Shown: positions 13,953 through 27,676 of the stretch, one piece after another
Layout of the letters: the number at the start of each line of letters is the position of its first letter
Numbering within the stretch: the stretch's first letter is position 1
Source of the DNA: Euprymna scolopes
Lineage: Eukaryota
Reading direction: 5' to 3' (one strand)
NCBI GenBank assembly: GCA_053919585.1
Contig: CM132790.1
DNA: 64,000 bases
Notes under the pieces: model-generated
Databases searched by the model: none
What the model was told of the DNA's origin: nothing
What the model saw: the letters and a program-made list of their open reading frames with translations, nothing else
Program-made: the position numbers and the translations under genes

Positions 13953-16322
13953 GCTCAGAAAAAAAAATTAAAAAGATATATGCCTACAAGATATAGCTAT
14001 ATTCCACTGGTCAATTGTGTTACTTTTCTTGTTATCTTTGTATGGAAAATATTCATGAAACTCACGTTTTCCACATCAAAGAATCTTACCGAAGCGGTGT
14101 TACCTGAAAGCAACAAAACTGTTCGGCTTATCGATGTAATATACATTTTTCCGCACGGACAACTCTTGACCTGAGGCCCAGTGGTTATTGTCTTCAGAGT
14201 ATTTAGGAGCTTTTAAGTGCTATGGAATAAGAGTTATTCTGTTTTATCTTTGGTCATTAATTCACTTGTTTTATATTGGGTTGAGCCTGCAGAAAAAAGT
14301 GAAGGCAGTGCCAATCATTCGCAAGCTGGAAATAAGCCAGCTGGATATTTTTGCTGGTTGTAGTACATACACGTGAAAAATAATTTCGGTCAATCTCTTA
14401 TTACTCGAACTTTTGTATTTTCCCACCGATCGGTCCAGCATATATTGATCTATATATTGATCTGTCTTTTTATATCTCATTCATGCAAGGTATGTCNNNN
14501 NNNNNNNNNNNNNNNNNNNNNNNNNNNNNNNNNNNNNNNNNNNNNNNNNNNNNNNNNNNNNNNNNNNNNNNNNNNNNNNNNNNNNNNNNNNNNNNNNNNN
14601 NNNNNNNNNNNNNNNNNNNNNNNNNNNNNNNNNNNNNNNNNNNNNNNNNNNNNNNNNNNNNNNNNNNNNNNNNNNNNNNNNNNNNNNNNNNNNNNNNNNN
14701 NNNNNNNNNNNNNNNNNNNNNNNNNNNNNNCGTTTCCTGCCGGATTACCGAAGTTAAGAAACGTTTACCTAGCCAATAAGACAGGTTCCGATTTGGGGAA
14801 GGTTAGACGTTGTATGCACCGCGCCGAGTCATAGAAATTTAGAATAATTCAATAGGAAAGATGTATTCCCAGTCTCTGTCAAGACATGCATCTAGTAAGC
14901 TCTGATGTAAAAATTTGCGTTGTTTTGTATACTATTTCATGTGGCAGTCTTCTGCACCGAAAAACTTTAACAGTAATACACAAAAAGTGTGGTTTGTTAT
15001 ACACAAAGCGTTCACCACTATAATGACCTCACCTGTGCGGATTTTTAGTAACTTAGTGGTTGGGGTGGAAGCTCATACATCAATATNNNNNNNNNNNNNN
15101 NNNNNNNNNNNNNNNNNNNNNNNNNNNNNNNNNNNNNNNNNNNNNNNNNNNNNNNNNNNNNNNNNNNNNNNNNNNNNNNNNNNNNNNNNNNNNNNNNNNN
15201 NNNNNNNNNNNNNNNNNNNNNNNNNNNNNNNNNNNNNNNNNNNNNNNNNNNNNNNNNNNNNNAATGTTCGACTATTCAGACTCTTTGTTTTAACGAGTCT
15301 CCTATCTTTCGGGTAAATGCATATATATGACGTAACAGTTGAATTCGAGTTTATGGCGGGAAATCATAGACAGTGTTCGCAAAGGGGGTAGGAGGTCGGG
15401 ATTGTTATCTCCGCTCTTTTCTCTATATCATCCTATTCTCTTCATTCTTTCTCCTCTAATCCTCAAAAGCCCACCGCGCCATGGTGATCGGGACCTCTCA
15501 ACATCTTTCCCCTGTCAGTTTCTTCCCTGGAGTACTGGCCCATGTTTGTTAAAGCAAGGGGACACTTAAGTTTGTTTTATATTCCTCTTGTCCTCGTAAC
15601 TTGAGCCATTCTCCATTAAGCATAGTCTTGAAAAACCTTAAATTATCAATTCTATGAACATGTAAAACCCTTTTGAGGTGATGTTTAATGATAGTGCCAT
15701 CCATGCTAGTTATTTAGGCGCGTTCTGAGACTTCAGTGTTGATGGTGTGGCTCTCTCAGAGAATTTTCAAAATCGAAATCTGGTGGCACGGTACCATTAT
15801 CCAGTGAACGATCATTTTTCACCAGCAGCCAAAGTGCTGTCGTGGTTAAGGTTTTTATAATATCCAGTACTGTTTTCCTAACTTACGGTGCTATCACCTA
15901 CTGATTTGGTAGTGATAATGATGGTGTTGATTAAAAGATAAAAATAAGAAGAAGAAACGACGGAAAGGCAAACACTTGCCACATGTCATCTTTACCACAG
16001 CCCAAGAATGTTAAGCCACCTTCACCAATGTTGGTTGCATCTGGTTGACAGTTTCTTAATGTAAAATCACATTTTGCTACCTGCCTAGAAGGTGGTCCTT
16101 TTCTGTCAGGGTTGGAGGTGTTGCTTGGTTTGCATTTGGAGTTTCTTTATCCTAACTTTTGACTCAAAAGCCACACCTTACAAAGCAGCAGTTAGTTTTT
16201 ATTTAGATTGTCGGTCTCCATGTATAAATGACCTAGAATTGTACAAGACAGGTGCATTCATTTCACAGACGTATAAAATCTGCACGCATATATATACACA
16301 TATATATATGTATATATATATG

Positions 16323-16358
<36 letters not shown>

Positions 16359-17244
16359 TATATATTTCTACTGATGTGTTAAAACTACACTGAACATTTA
16401 TTGGGTGTGATGCAACACGCTTTTTGAAAGCGGATCTACACCTTTCCTTGGGACCGAAACGTTTTACCATTTAGAAATGCGCTTAAATGCTTAAAAATTA
16501 TAATCAGTAGGTGCACTTAAACTGTAATTTGAAAAGAAATGTTAATAAAACTACATTTAATAACGCAAATATAAAAAATAACATATTTGCTTTAAAGCGT
16601 TTCATTTTCTATCTATTAAATAGATGTAAACAATGGACATATAAAGCAGATATCAATAATTTAGTTGAATTATGTAATTACATACATTCACATATATACA
16701 TTGAATGTCTCCAATATTATTACATTATATTGGAAATTACTTGTATCCCTGCATATAAATGCATTCATAAACAAATAATTTATACATAGTACTTGCTGGT
16801 AGAAACAGAAGAAATAATAAACTAATACTGGACAGAAGGAAGTATATATGAACTGCGCCAATCGCTTTATTGCAGATTATACAATATTAATATTTCATTA
16901 TATATATATCACAACAAAATTAAAATTATATCATCAAAACGACTGCTTTAAGGTTAGTTATTCCCACAGTTTTACTCAAAGTCGTGCGATATTTACGAAA
17001 TTATTATATTTTATTCTTTATCGCAGAATTTCCACTGTCCATCGCTTTATTGTAGGTCTTTTAAAATGTTGTTTTAGGGTTAAAATGCAATATCTTATCA
17101 TGCGAACTTCCACTGTATATCACCTTATTGCAGGCCTCTTGAAATGTTATTTAATGGGTAAAAATGCAATGTCTTTATTTTTTCTTATATTTTATGTCAA
17201 AGAATAATGAGAAAAAGCACATCCTTTGGGCTAAGCCTCAAATA

Positions 17245-18345
17245 AATGAATTATTTATCCACCATTTTTTTAATAACTAAAAACAACGCTTTGCTCCTCG
17301 TTGAAGTCAATTATTTCATCACAAAAAGGAGTTATGGTTCTTGTAATATCAACTGTTTTTCTCGAGTCATTCTTTGAAGTAGATTGTTCTCCTCACTCAT
17401 TATCTGCTCTTTTTAATACTTATCAGAAATATTTAATGGAGTTAAGGTCTAACGGACACGTTGGCCATGTAATGAGAGTTTCTTCAAGGAAGCCCATAAA
17501 TTTAAGGAAAGCTGCAGTCGCCCAAGCAGAATTGGATGGTTTATTATAATGCATAAAACTCGTCTGAAAGCGACACGACAATGGAAGGTAATCTAGTCCT
17601 GGTGACAAATGTTTATCCAAAAAAGGCCGTGTACCTATTGCTGGTAAGTTTTACATCCTCTGCTGCTCGGAATGGTCCAAGCAACTTATCCCTAATGATT
17701 CCCACCCAAAACATGATAACTACCCTTCCTCGTTGCCAAGTACTCTATATGGTGGTAGAGTACCGTTTGAGTTCCAAAATTGTGTCCATTCATCAGGACC
17801 GTCAAGTGTACCACAGGTATCATATGTAAATAATACACGTTTGAAATCCATTTTCACGTAATTCTGTGTACAACCCGGTTTTACCTAAGTGGTGTGCTTT
17901 GGAATAGTTAGGATGTTCCTTGCTCTGTCATTCAACAGATTACATCGGATCTGTCTGGGGTTGGAGCGATTCCAGCTCTTGCAACATGGATACACTGGTG
18001 CTGTTTGCGTTACGGTTGACTTGCCTACGAATTTTCAGATTATCACAATGTGAAAGGTTTCTACTCGTGCCTCATCCTTTCTTGATTTGATGTAAGGGTT
18101 ACTCAAGAATAGACCCAAAGTTGTTAGATCCCTTTCCAACACCATATCTAAATCTTTGATGAGCCATCTTTTGCAAGTCCAGCAAAAATCATTTCCTTTG
18201 CACTAAACGTTAATCGCCCCTTTTCTGACATTTTCAAGGACCTGCAATAATGCGATGGACAGTAGTAATTACTTGATTTTGAATAAAACATCATAACATA
18301 GTGGATATGGCAGGGATGTGAATAAATTTAGGGGGAAAATAACCT
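17245..18345 (-). mobile_element. Tc1-like DD37E (TRT-type) transposon, transposase pseudogene
   Basis: Minus-strand fragments: MSEKGRLT (start ~18231), TLDGPDEW, IMFWVGIIRDKLLGPFRAAEDVKLTS and FMH(Y=D)NKPSNSA...WPTCPLDLNSI(K=E)YF, with 37 residues between the last two catalytic positions. TIRs are not clearly resolved. Confidence 0.8.
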
Positions 18346-18459
18346 TTAAATGGTAATTTGTCGATAGGTTTTGCATTTTTGTGTTACGTATATTAAGTGA
18401 TTAAGTAAAATATAAGATAAATCTTGATATTTTACTAATCTGCAATAAAGCAATTGACA

Positions 18460-18511
<52 letters not shown>

Positions 18512-19224
18512 TCGTTATTTCTGTTACATAAGCAGTAAAATCTACCCATGTTGCATTACATTAATTAGAATATTTCACTCAGCTTGTTACCAGTAATAAG
18601 ATACATATTCAGGCGATCGAGCTTATCCGATACCACAGTTTTAAATAAAAATAGCATGCCTTTTTCGTTAAAGGGAATTAATATCAGGAGGTTCTGTTGA
18701 CGTTAAATAAAACCCAAGAAAAAGACCTACTCGGGACGATGGTTGAACAAAAAACAAAAATCAAAGATTTAAATTCTATAACTCCCAAAATGTAAATTAA
18801 TATAGCAACATGATATGTAGAAAATATAATTTTTATCTGCTATTCTTTTATTATGTAACCGAACCTTATTTTTAAAACTAAAGTTTTTATTTATCAGCTT
18901 TTGTTTAATAATAATAATATATAGCAGAAAAAATTAAAAATAAAAACTATAGGAGTAAGAAGACAAAGTAAAGAATTGAAAAAAAAACAATGATAAAAAC
19001 GAAAATAGTAAAATAGAGAGGGTGATAGAAAATAGACGTGTAAAACATTAAAGGTATATAAAGGTATACATACAACAAACTACACTAAACAACAGTGTGA
19101 TACACATAGATTAGCATGGTAAGACCGGGTTAGGAATTCAAATAAGCTGGGAGGGCAGGATAACATATCTACCAGACACATATGAAATATGTAAAAAATT
19201 ATGTAAACTCGTTTACCTACACAT

Positions 19225-19408
19225 AATGAGGGTTCCTCCATCATTCCGTTTGGTGGCCGTCGCTTTGAGTTCTTGCTAACTCATCGTTCATGCCATTTCA
19301 GATGACTCTGAAGTCCCGCAGCAGATTTGCACGTCTTGAAGTCGATGTGACATACAAATTGTGCAATTTGCCCGAGTTAATTTTTCTTGATCTTGAATAA
19401 TATCAGAA

Positions 19409-19410
<2 letters not shown>
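19225..19410 (-). mobile_element. RTE-type LINE 3' end (C-terminal C2H2-like finger and short 3' UTR)
   Basis: The minus strand encodes FVCHIDFKTCKSAAGLQSHLKWHER*, resembling the terminal zinc finger of RTE/BovB-type ORFs. Confidence 0.5.
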
Positions 19411-19475
<65 letters not shown>

Positions 19476-19476
<1 letters not shown>

Positions 19477-22228
19477 TTACATGGACGCCACCACTTATCA
19501 AGGCCCGAAAGCCACTCGGGGATAAGGTTTATTGCGTGTACAGTGATCAATGGGATATTATAGTAGTAATCGTTAGTATTGGTGATCTGATAAAGTGTAT
19601 TACTTAAGGGGGGATTAATCAGGAATTTGTTTATGTTGGATTTGAAGAAATCCAAGTTTTAGTGAGGTAGTAAACAGGTAAAAGGAAAAAAGTTCCACAT
19701 GTGTGCACTTATAAGAATGAAGCTTTGTTCATGGAATCTACGTTTTGATTTAGCAACAGGTTAGGAGTGGGGGGAAATTACTTACAGTGGTTTCAGCAGG
19801 ACGAGTGTTTTTCGGGAAACATTGCCAAGCGGGGAACCAGATATAAGAGCTCAGACGGGCATTTGCCGTGGAAAAACGATAAAAGAAATATAGACTCGCA
19901 ACGTCTCATCTGTGGAAAAGAGGTTGCAGGGAAAAGAAAAGGGAATCCCCACTAAGCCAGGAAGTCTATATTGTAGTCTGTCAGGCAGAATAGGCTGTTT
20001 TAGCAGCTCCTTCCCAGATGTGGCAGCATTGCACCATCCCTGGACGTACATGGCTTTTATGCACATAAAGAATTTTATCAGTAATGAGATATGTTCTGGA
20101 GCGCTAGAAGAATCCTACCATTTTCCCAGTGACTTGGGCAACAGACTTCATTTACGTGTTTCATTTCAGATCAGGAGTAAAGCTCTAACCCAGAAGCTTG
20201 TCAAAACATGGAACCTCCCCAAGAAAAGAGCCATTCATTTCAATTGATGCCAGATCGGGAGCAGAGCGTGGATAGTGTAAAGATAGGAGCTTTGTTTTAG
20301 ATGCATTGAAATAAACAGCCACGTTTTCCCCCAGTGTACCACACGCTCAAGATCAGAGGAGATAGAATCAGAGAGAACTTTGTAATTTACGGTCTTTGGT
20401 GTGTTGCCATAGACGGTCGTGTCATCAGCATACATATCAATGAATGATTTAAGTATGTGTTTTAGGAGATCATTGATGTAGATCAGGAGGGGAGTCGGGC
20501 CTAGGATGACCCCTGAGGAACTCCAGCATTAAATTTCTGGGCTTCTGATTTCTGCCCATCAACCACAACTCCAATGATCCTATCAGAGATAAATGATATA
20601 ATAATTGAGAAAACATTTCCAGTTACACTGTAGCTGGAAATCCTGGGAAATAGGCCCTTATACTATACCTTATCGAAAAAAAGAAAGGAAAGCCTTTGAC
20701 GAGATATTTACTAAACCTATGAGATATAACTGTTAGCACATCTGCTGTAGATCTAGCAGAACGCAATTCAGTAAGAAGGTTATTTCTGCCAATGTGGGTG
20801 ACTACATATCTATTTAATATGGATTCTAGCAACTTACTCATAACACAAAAGAGACTTTTTGGTCTGTACTAAGAGGGGGATGACTTATCCCCTGCATTCT
20901 TAAATACAGGCAATACTGATGAGGTTTTCAAGGGTGTTGGAAAGAATATCTTTTTAAGGCAACGTCTAAACAGTTTTGTAAGTATAGGGACAAGTTCTGG
21001 TCGAAGCTTTTCAACACTACATTTGGAATGCCGTCAAGGCCAGTTGCTTTACTGGAATCAAGGCTCTTGATTAGCTTGGCGAACTTACGGAGAGATATGT
21101 GTATGTTGCATAGCGTGTGTCTCTTAAAGGAAGAACTACGGTGAGTTGATGGCCTTCGGCGTAAAAGGGCAGAATTAGCTGCAAAGTGATTGGCAAATAG
21201 TTTGGCCTTGTCTGATGCTTACGAGATGACTCCAGGTCCATTGATGATGGTTGCGATAGATCGCAAGCTTCTGTTCAGGATCCTGTTTGCTATTTGCCAA
21301 AACTGGTGGGAACGAACTGCTGCCCAGCTACTTTGGATTTAACGGACTGAGCATATAGCTCTCTTGCAGTCTTTATTGCTCTTTTACAGCGGTTTCTGGC
21401 AGTTATTAAAGCAGCTTTAATTTAAGTACATCTATTACGCTGGTTGCTATGGAAACAGTGATTTCTGTGCGCGATGGCAGCAGTACATTCTTGGGAGAAC
21501 CATCGGTGGCTGTTAGGTTTTTGTTGGCATTTTTTGATGGTATAAATCGGTCTATGCCTACAATTATCACTTCGGTCAGGTCTTATACTATAGAGGCCAA
21601 ATTTAGAATTCAGATATACATCAGATATGAATGTATGGAAGCTAGCCCTGTCAGCCATAGAGTATCGGTGGAGAGTTACGTCTGATTATTACAGTTCATT
21701 TTTTAACTGATACAACGGAGTAGTCGGGGTATCCCAGGGGAGATGGCACGGAACGTGAACATGGCTCCGGGAAAGTTGTGAGAAAAAACGTCTAGAAAGC
21801 TTGCATACTGACCCGTAGTATCGGGCACACCGGTGGGTTTGTGAACAATCTGAGTGAGATCATAGACAATGATCAAATCACGACATAACCTCCCCTCATC
21901 ACCTGTCTCATTTGAGTGGGTCAACCATTCCACATTATAGCCATTGTAGTCAACGGAAATTTGAATGTTCGCCAAAGGATGAACAGACAGGATGTGGTAA
22001 ATTTTTTCAGATACACTTTTTAAGATAGTAACCCCGCGGTTGCGGGGGCGGTAGAAGGCAAATATAAATGCGGTGGTGTAAGCAAATGTAGCCCTCAAGC
22101 ATAGACAAGGTAAATTAGGGTGCTCCCGTGAGATATCCCTATCACAGGGAAAGTTATATTTAATGTAGGCACATATGGCATGTCCATGACGATCTTTGGG
22201 TCTGTTTTAGATCTTTAGTCAGAGTATA
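19476..22228 (-). mobile_element. CR1-group LINE, near-complete decayed ORF2 (APE + RT) with 3' end and (TA)n at 19411-19472
   Basis: APE motifs FYRP, DYN..NVEW, LTQIVHKPT..PD; WFSQEC; RT motifs SKLLESILN, RSARSTADVLTV, YADDTT. It has the family 3' end ccgggccttgataagtgg and many frameshifts. Confidence 0.93.
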
Positions 22229-22239
22229 TTTTAATTAAT

Positions 22240-22458
22240 CACTTATCAATGCCCGGAAGCCACTCAGGGATAAGGGTTATTCTAAGTACAGTACGTTAGT
22301 GTGGAGATTGAAAAAAGTGTTTACTTAAGGGGCGGCTCATCAGACATTTGTTTACGTTGGACTTGAAGGCATCCAGGTCGTAATCAGGTGGGAAGCAGGC
22401 AGACGAAACAGAGTTCCACAGGCGTGCATTTATAAGAAAGAAGCTTTGTTCATGAAAA
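22240..22458 (-). mobile_element. CR1-group LINE 3' end fragment, head-to-tail with the 19476-22228 copy
   Basis: Contains the HEQSFFL..ARLWNSV..CFPPDYDLDAFKSNVN coding end and the 3' UTR ending ttgataagtg. Confidence 0.88.
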
Positions 22459-25400
22459 ACCTGACAGGTGTGTCCGTGGTTAGATGACGGAGAGAGTATA
22501 GGAGAATGTATTGATGCTGGGAGTTGACACGCGCAAATGATTGTGGGTGTGTGTAAAACCTGCTTTTGTAAGGTTTAGTGAAACTCTAAAAAGCTGTAGA
22601 CTCTTACTGGTTGTTTTTCTATGTAATCACAGGAGACCAGTTAGTGACTCCGTTATAATTTCTATAATCTTTCACAAAAAATTGGATGGTTTTGAATAGG
22701 ATTATCAGTTTCACTATTACTTAATTTATCTGTGCCTGAAACCGTGTCTGTGATAGCTTCATGAAAACAGTCGTAAATATTCGCTGCCATATAAATAGAA
22801 TAGAAAAATCGTATTTTGAAGTATTTAGAGGTCCATTATTATTGACGAATTTCATAGAAGTCAATTAGTTTGACTTACAAGCTAGAGGTGTAAAAATACA
22901 CGGTGTTTTGCGTACGATTATATGTAGTGTAATTTTCCTGCATAAAATCGACAGTAATTGTTTATATATTTTCACAAATATATACTGAAAGCATGCAATT
23001 TATTTTCTTATGCAGTTATTAGAGTTTAAATATTCATTAAACATTATCTGCATAAGAGTAAATTATAATAATTCCTTTAACAACAGTAATTGTAAGCTGC
23101 TAAACTATATGCTGTAATTATAGTAGCATAATAGAAAAAAGTGGAGTAAATGAGGCATCAATTGTTTGGCATTGCTACAAGTATTGATTAATATTACTAT
23201 TCCACATCATCTATTATCAGAGTTTACTGTTAATTAGATGCGGTTTTATTCGCATTCCATTTTGTTAAACATCGACACATTTCTTACTAGTACTTGTAAT
23301 AATATAATTGTTAGTTGGAATATTATTATTTGTAGCTATCGTAATCTTAGGAGCAGTGATATATTATGATTAGAAGTATTATTTGTTCTTGCAGCTAATG
23401 ACATTAGTAGTAGCAATAATAATGCTGTAATAAAAAGACAAAAAAGCCGTTTGGAAAAGCATAAATCGTTTTCATATTAATATATTTTTCCGAGATTTAT
23501 CTTTCGAGCGATTAAATACTTTTTAACACAGAGATTCTATGCTGGTTTGTAGGTTGGAGAACGTATTATTATACCTGTGCCTGTTGATATAGTGTACTCA
23601 TTAGGAGTTCTCAAACAAATCATCATAAAACATTACTCACTGAACTCGGTTTTGTAAGTTTGAGCCTGCGTGAAAACAAGTCACCTCAGCTTTATAGTAC
23701 GCTCCACATATTTTGATAAACGTTGCCAATGATTTTGGGTGGTTGCAATAGCCGCTTGTCATTGAGTTCTCCCTATCATAGACTATTGTTCTTCTCACCN
23801 NNNNNNNNNNNNNNNNNNNNNNNNNNNNNNNNNNNNNNNNNNNNNNNNNNNNNNNNNNNNNNNNNNNNNNNNNNNNNNNNNNNNNNNNNNNNNNNNNNNN
23901 NNNNNNNNNNNNNNNNNNNNNNNNNNNNNTTAAGTGTAGTGGTAATAATAAAGTGTCTTCTATTATAAATATTATGTCTTTATATACACTTGAGCATACC
24001 GATAATTTCTCGGGAGACGGCAGCTTGAAATTCCTCAACAATAAAACTGCATGTATCTTTTATTTTCTCTGATTAATAAACTATATTTTCGTAATCAACA
24101 GATACATCATAATGACTCATTATTTTATTCGATTGTGTCATTATTAATTATCAATTTATACTATAGCGGCAAGGCATATATGCGCCCCAAGCCACGAACG
24201 CGCGAAATGTAAAAACACACATGTTTAAATTAAAATTGATCGCTTAAGATTCTATTGTGAATAATTATTAGTTCCTAATGCAATTGAAACCTTGCTTCAT
24301 TTCGTCGTTTTTTATAGATCTGCTTTTATATTCCCGGTAATTTTAATCAAGAACATATAAACAACAGCAATCATATACAAAAAGAAGGATGATATACTGT
24401 TCAATTAAGGATGTTAGCCTTCACGTGCGAAATTGATGGATACGTTAGGTCATAAGGCTATGGCTGATATTCATGCGCGAAAAATGCAGTTTATTTTTAA
24501 GTGCGCGACGTAAAAAAAAATCAATCGAGTATGAATGGCTCCTTAATGAGATCACGATTTACACTGCATTTTAGAAGAATAATCCCTAAATCGTCACCGG
24601 CCTCTAAAATACAGTGGATAAAACATTTCTTTAAACTATTTCCTATTTATTTAATTAGTATCATAAATTACACAACAGATCTCATGGAAAAAATTGAATC
24701 CGGTTGGATTTTATTTTAATCTCCAGTGAGATATCAGACAACAGTAAAATAGTTTATTATCGTACGATATTGATATTATCACACATAAAATATAATGGCA
24801 ATATAAGTCGTTTGTTTTCCGTACAGTAAATATACTTGCTGTACTAATTTAACGCTGTACCAAGTCTTCAACCTATTTTACTATACCTAATAGAATAACA
24901 TTGCCCTGAACTAACATAGTCCAGTAGTCAGTAAATTTGCATAAAAAGTTAATGACCACATGACATGTATGAGCATCGAAAAGTGTTCAGAACTTACAAA
25001 TTCGACCTTAGGTTATATACCCAAAATATTTTTCCTAGTTTTATCGTATTTAGAAGAAAAAAACTTAAGTAAAAGTTTACAAAGTTCCTGTGAGGTTTAA
25101 CATGCGTAGGGGCAGAAAAAAACAAAAAAAAAACAAAAAAAAAAACGACACATTTATATCGAAACATGTGCCCTTATTTGTTTGCAAACCGTGCCCTTAT
25201 TTGTTTGCAATGTTAATACCAATAAATACGAACGGCTGACACGGACATTTCTCTCAATACTCGACACTGATTCTGTTTGTACTGAAATCCCCTGACAAAT
25301 AGTTTAAACCATTTTTTAACGCATTTTTATAGTCGTTGGTGAAATAAATACTCACATAATAGCCTGCAGACAAACACCATAATGTTGTATCTGGTCTGAC

Positions 25401-27676
25401 GCTAGACTTTATCTAATTTTCATTTGGTCAATGTAAACGAAAATATTCTATATTTCGACACTTTTTATTTCTGTCTATTCTACAAGGTCCTTTTTGGAGG
25501 AACTGGTTTTGACCCACATTAAAGGCGATTTTTAAACAGATCGTTCGCTGATTTAAATATGCTCAAACGTTGGGCTGCTGTTGATAATCATGCATGATTC
25601 ATTGTGATGACTCTTAATGCATATTAGAATAATGTCAGCATTAACATTCTTTAAAACTATATTGAATAGTATTTATTTTCATGAACGCACTATATGATAG
25701 TGTTATTCTAAATTGGAAACATCGCATAATTATAAGATTTCATATGCGAATTTCTAAACAGAAAATAGTCTGAATTTGAACAAAATAGAAATAGCATCAA
25801 ATATCTCCTAATCTTATATACGGAAATGTTGCGAATTAGGCATATATTTGAATGTAATAATTATAAACTACCTAACAACAATTTCTGATATACTGATGAA
25901 AAAGTAATGTGAGTTAACAGTTATGAATAAAATATTAGAAACTAGTGAATATTTAAATTATAACGGTTCTCTGTAGGCGTCTATATGCATGTGTATTTCC
26001 ATTAAAGCAGATGTAACGCATGAATAATATACAAATGCATAAGATGACCGGCTGTAAACATTCATTTCCGTATCGCAATTAATTAGTGTCGCCTTCGTCT
26101 CACATCAACAATTTCAGAATAAAAAGTTATAATTGGAAACCATAATGTCTTACTCCACTCATATATAGATCAACGCGTTTTTCTAAGCTATTGTTTTATT
26201 AGAAATCTAAACAATAATTCCTACATTTTATAAACATAAACAATAATAGCAAAATTACATATTTGAAGTGTTCCCATTAATATATTCATTTCATTTTTTT
26301 CCACCAGCGTTATCATTCAGAANNNNNNNNNNNNNNNNNNNNNNNNNNNNNNNNNNNNNNNNNNNNNNNNNNNNNNNNNNNNNNNNNNNNNNNNNNNNNN
26401 NNNNNNNNNNNNNNNNNNNNNNNNNNNNNNNNNNNNNNNNNNNNNNNNNNNNNNNNNNNGAATTTAACATCACTAATCCTTAGAGTGGAACATACTTAAA
26501 GTTTTAGTAAGTGAAGAACACCAGACAATCTCATATTGAATTGCTGGTTCTACTTTGCAGGTTGGCGACTCATTGAAAACTCCTAGAAAATAATTTAAGT
26601 TGACCGGACTTAATTCGATAATAAAAATTAATACGAATACTGTATTGCTAATGAATCATTGATATATGAGAATATAGTATTGAGAATATTGTTCGGTTTG
26701 GCTTTGAGTGACGATAACACATGATTCACAGAATACGCCAGCGTGAGAAAATATTCAATCGACAAGGGATCCTCATGTAAGATTAGCAATTGCCCAATAA
26801 GAACGAGTGTAAGCTGGGCCATCTCCTATTGACTAAAGTGTACATCCGATATAAGCATACCCGTTACCTATCTATAAAATGACATGCACGAGCGAATTCG
26901 CAGAATCGAGAAAAGTATCAAAAGTCGAGAGAATTAGTCGAGAGAAGAATACGATGCGATTCCGGAACGATCTGCCGCTGCCGACCTAAAAAGGACTGAT
27001 ATGTTTTGCATCAACTATATTCCATGCGATCATATTAATTATAGAACTTAAATCTCGCTCAGCGTCTATAAGCCACCCGTACCCCGTTATGGTAAAATGT
27101 CTGTAGGCTTCTCGGAAAGGAAGAAAAACGAAAGTGTATCTCATGAGAGATAATAAAATGGTGTCTCCTAAAGAGAGAGTTAACCACACGCTAGCTTGCT
27201 GTTGATGATTCAACGAGACGGTTGTCCGGTATAAAAATTGAATGTTTTTACTTTCTTCTCACGGACTATCGAGTCGTGTTTAATCACGCTATAAAAAAAC
27301 GGGTATTACTTTAACGGACTATTGCCTTGATGCGATTAAAATACATATATAATCATCTTTCGTTGCAACGGAAAAGTATATTGCACATTTTTCGAACTGT
27401 ATAATTATTTAGTTCCTGATAATATGATAATGGTAATAGAAAATGACCACAGAATTTGAGCGTATTACTTTCTGTTGAAGTTAACGGGCATAAAAAGTCA
27501 GGAACACGGCATCAAGTCCGGGTGTGTGGTCCGCGGATTTTATCTAAACTACAACGTGGAGGTGCGTCACACGCTTTGACTTGGGAACATCGATTTTATT
27601 ATCCCCTGCACTATTCGTGCTGAGAGGAAAGATATCAGAAGCGTCCAAACCACTCCGGGCCACGTGCGTATCGATC

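Noticed and set aside
25168-25210. Short direct duplication gtgcccttatttgtttgcaa (two copies)
   Set aside because: An ordinary local slippage duplication with no further structure.
26641-27390. Solo LTR with TGT..ACA ends and a TATA-like motif
   Set aside because: The composition is suggestive, but the termini are ambiguous and there is no TSD or second copy.
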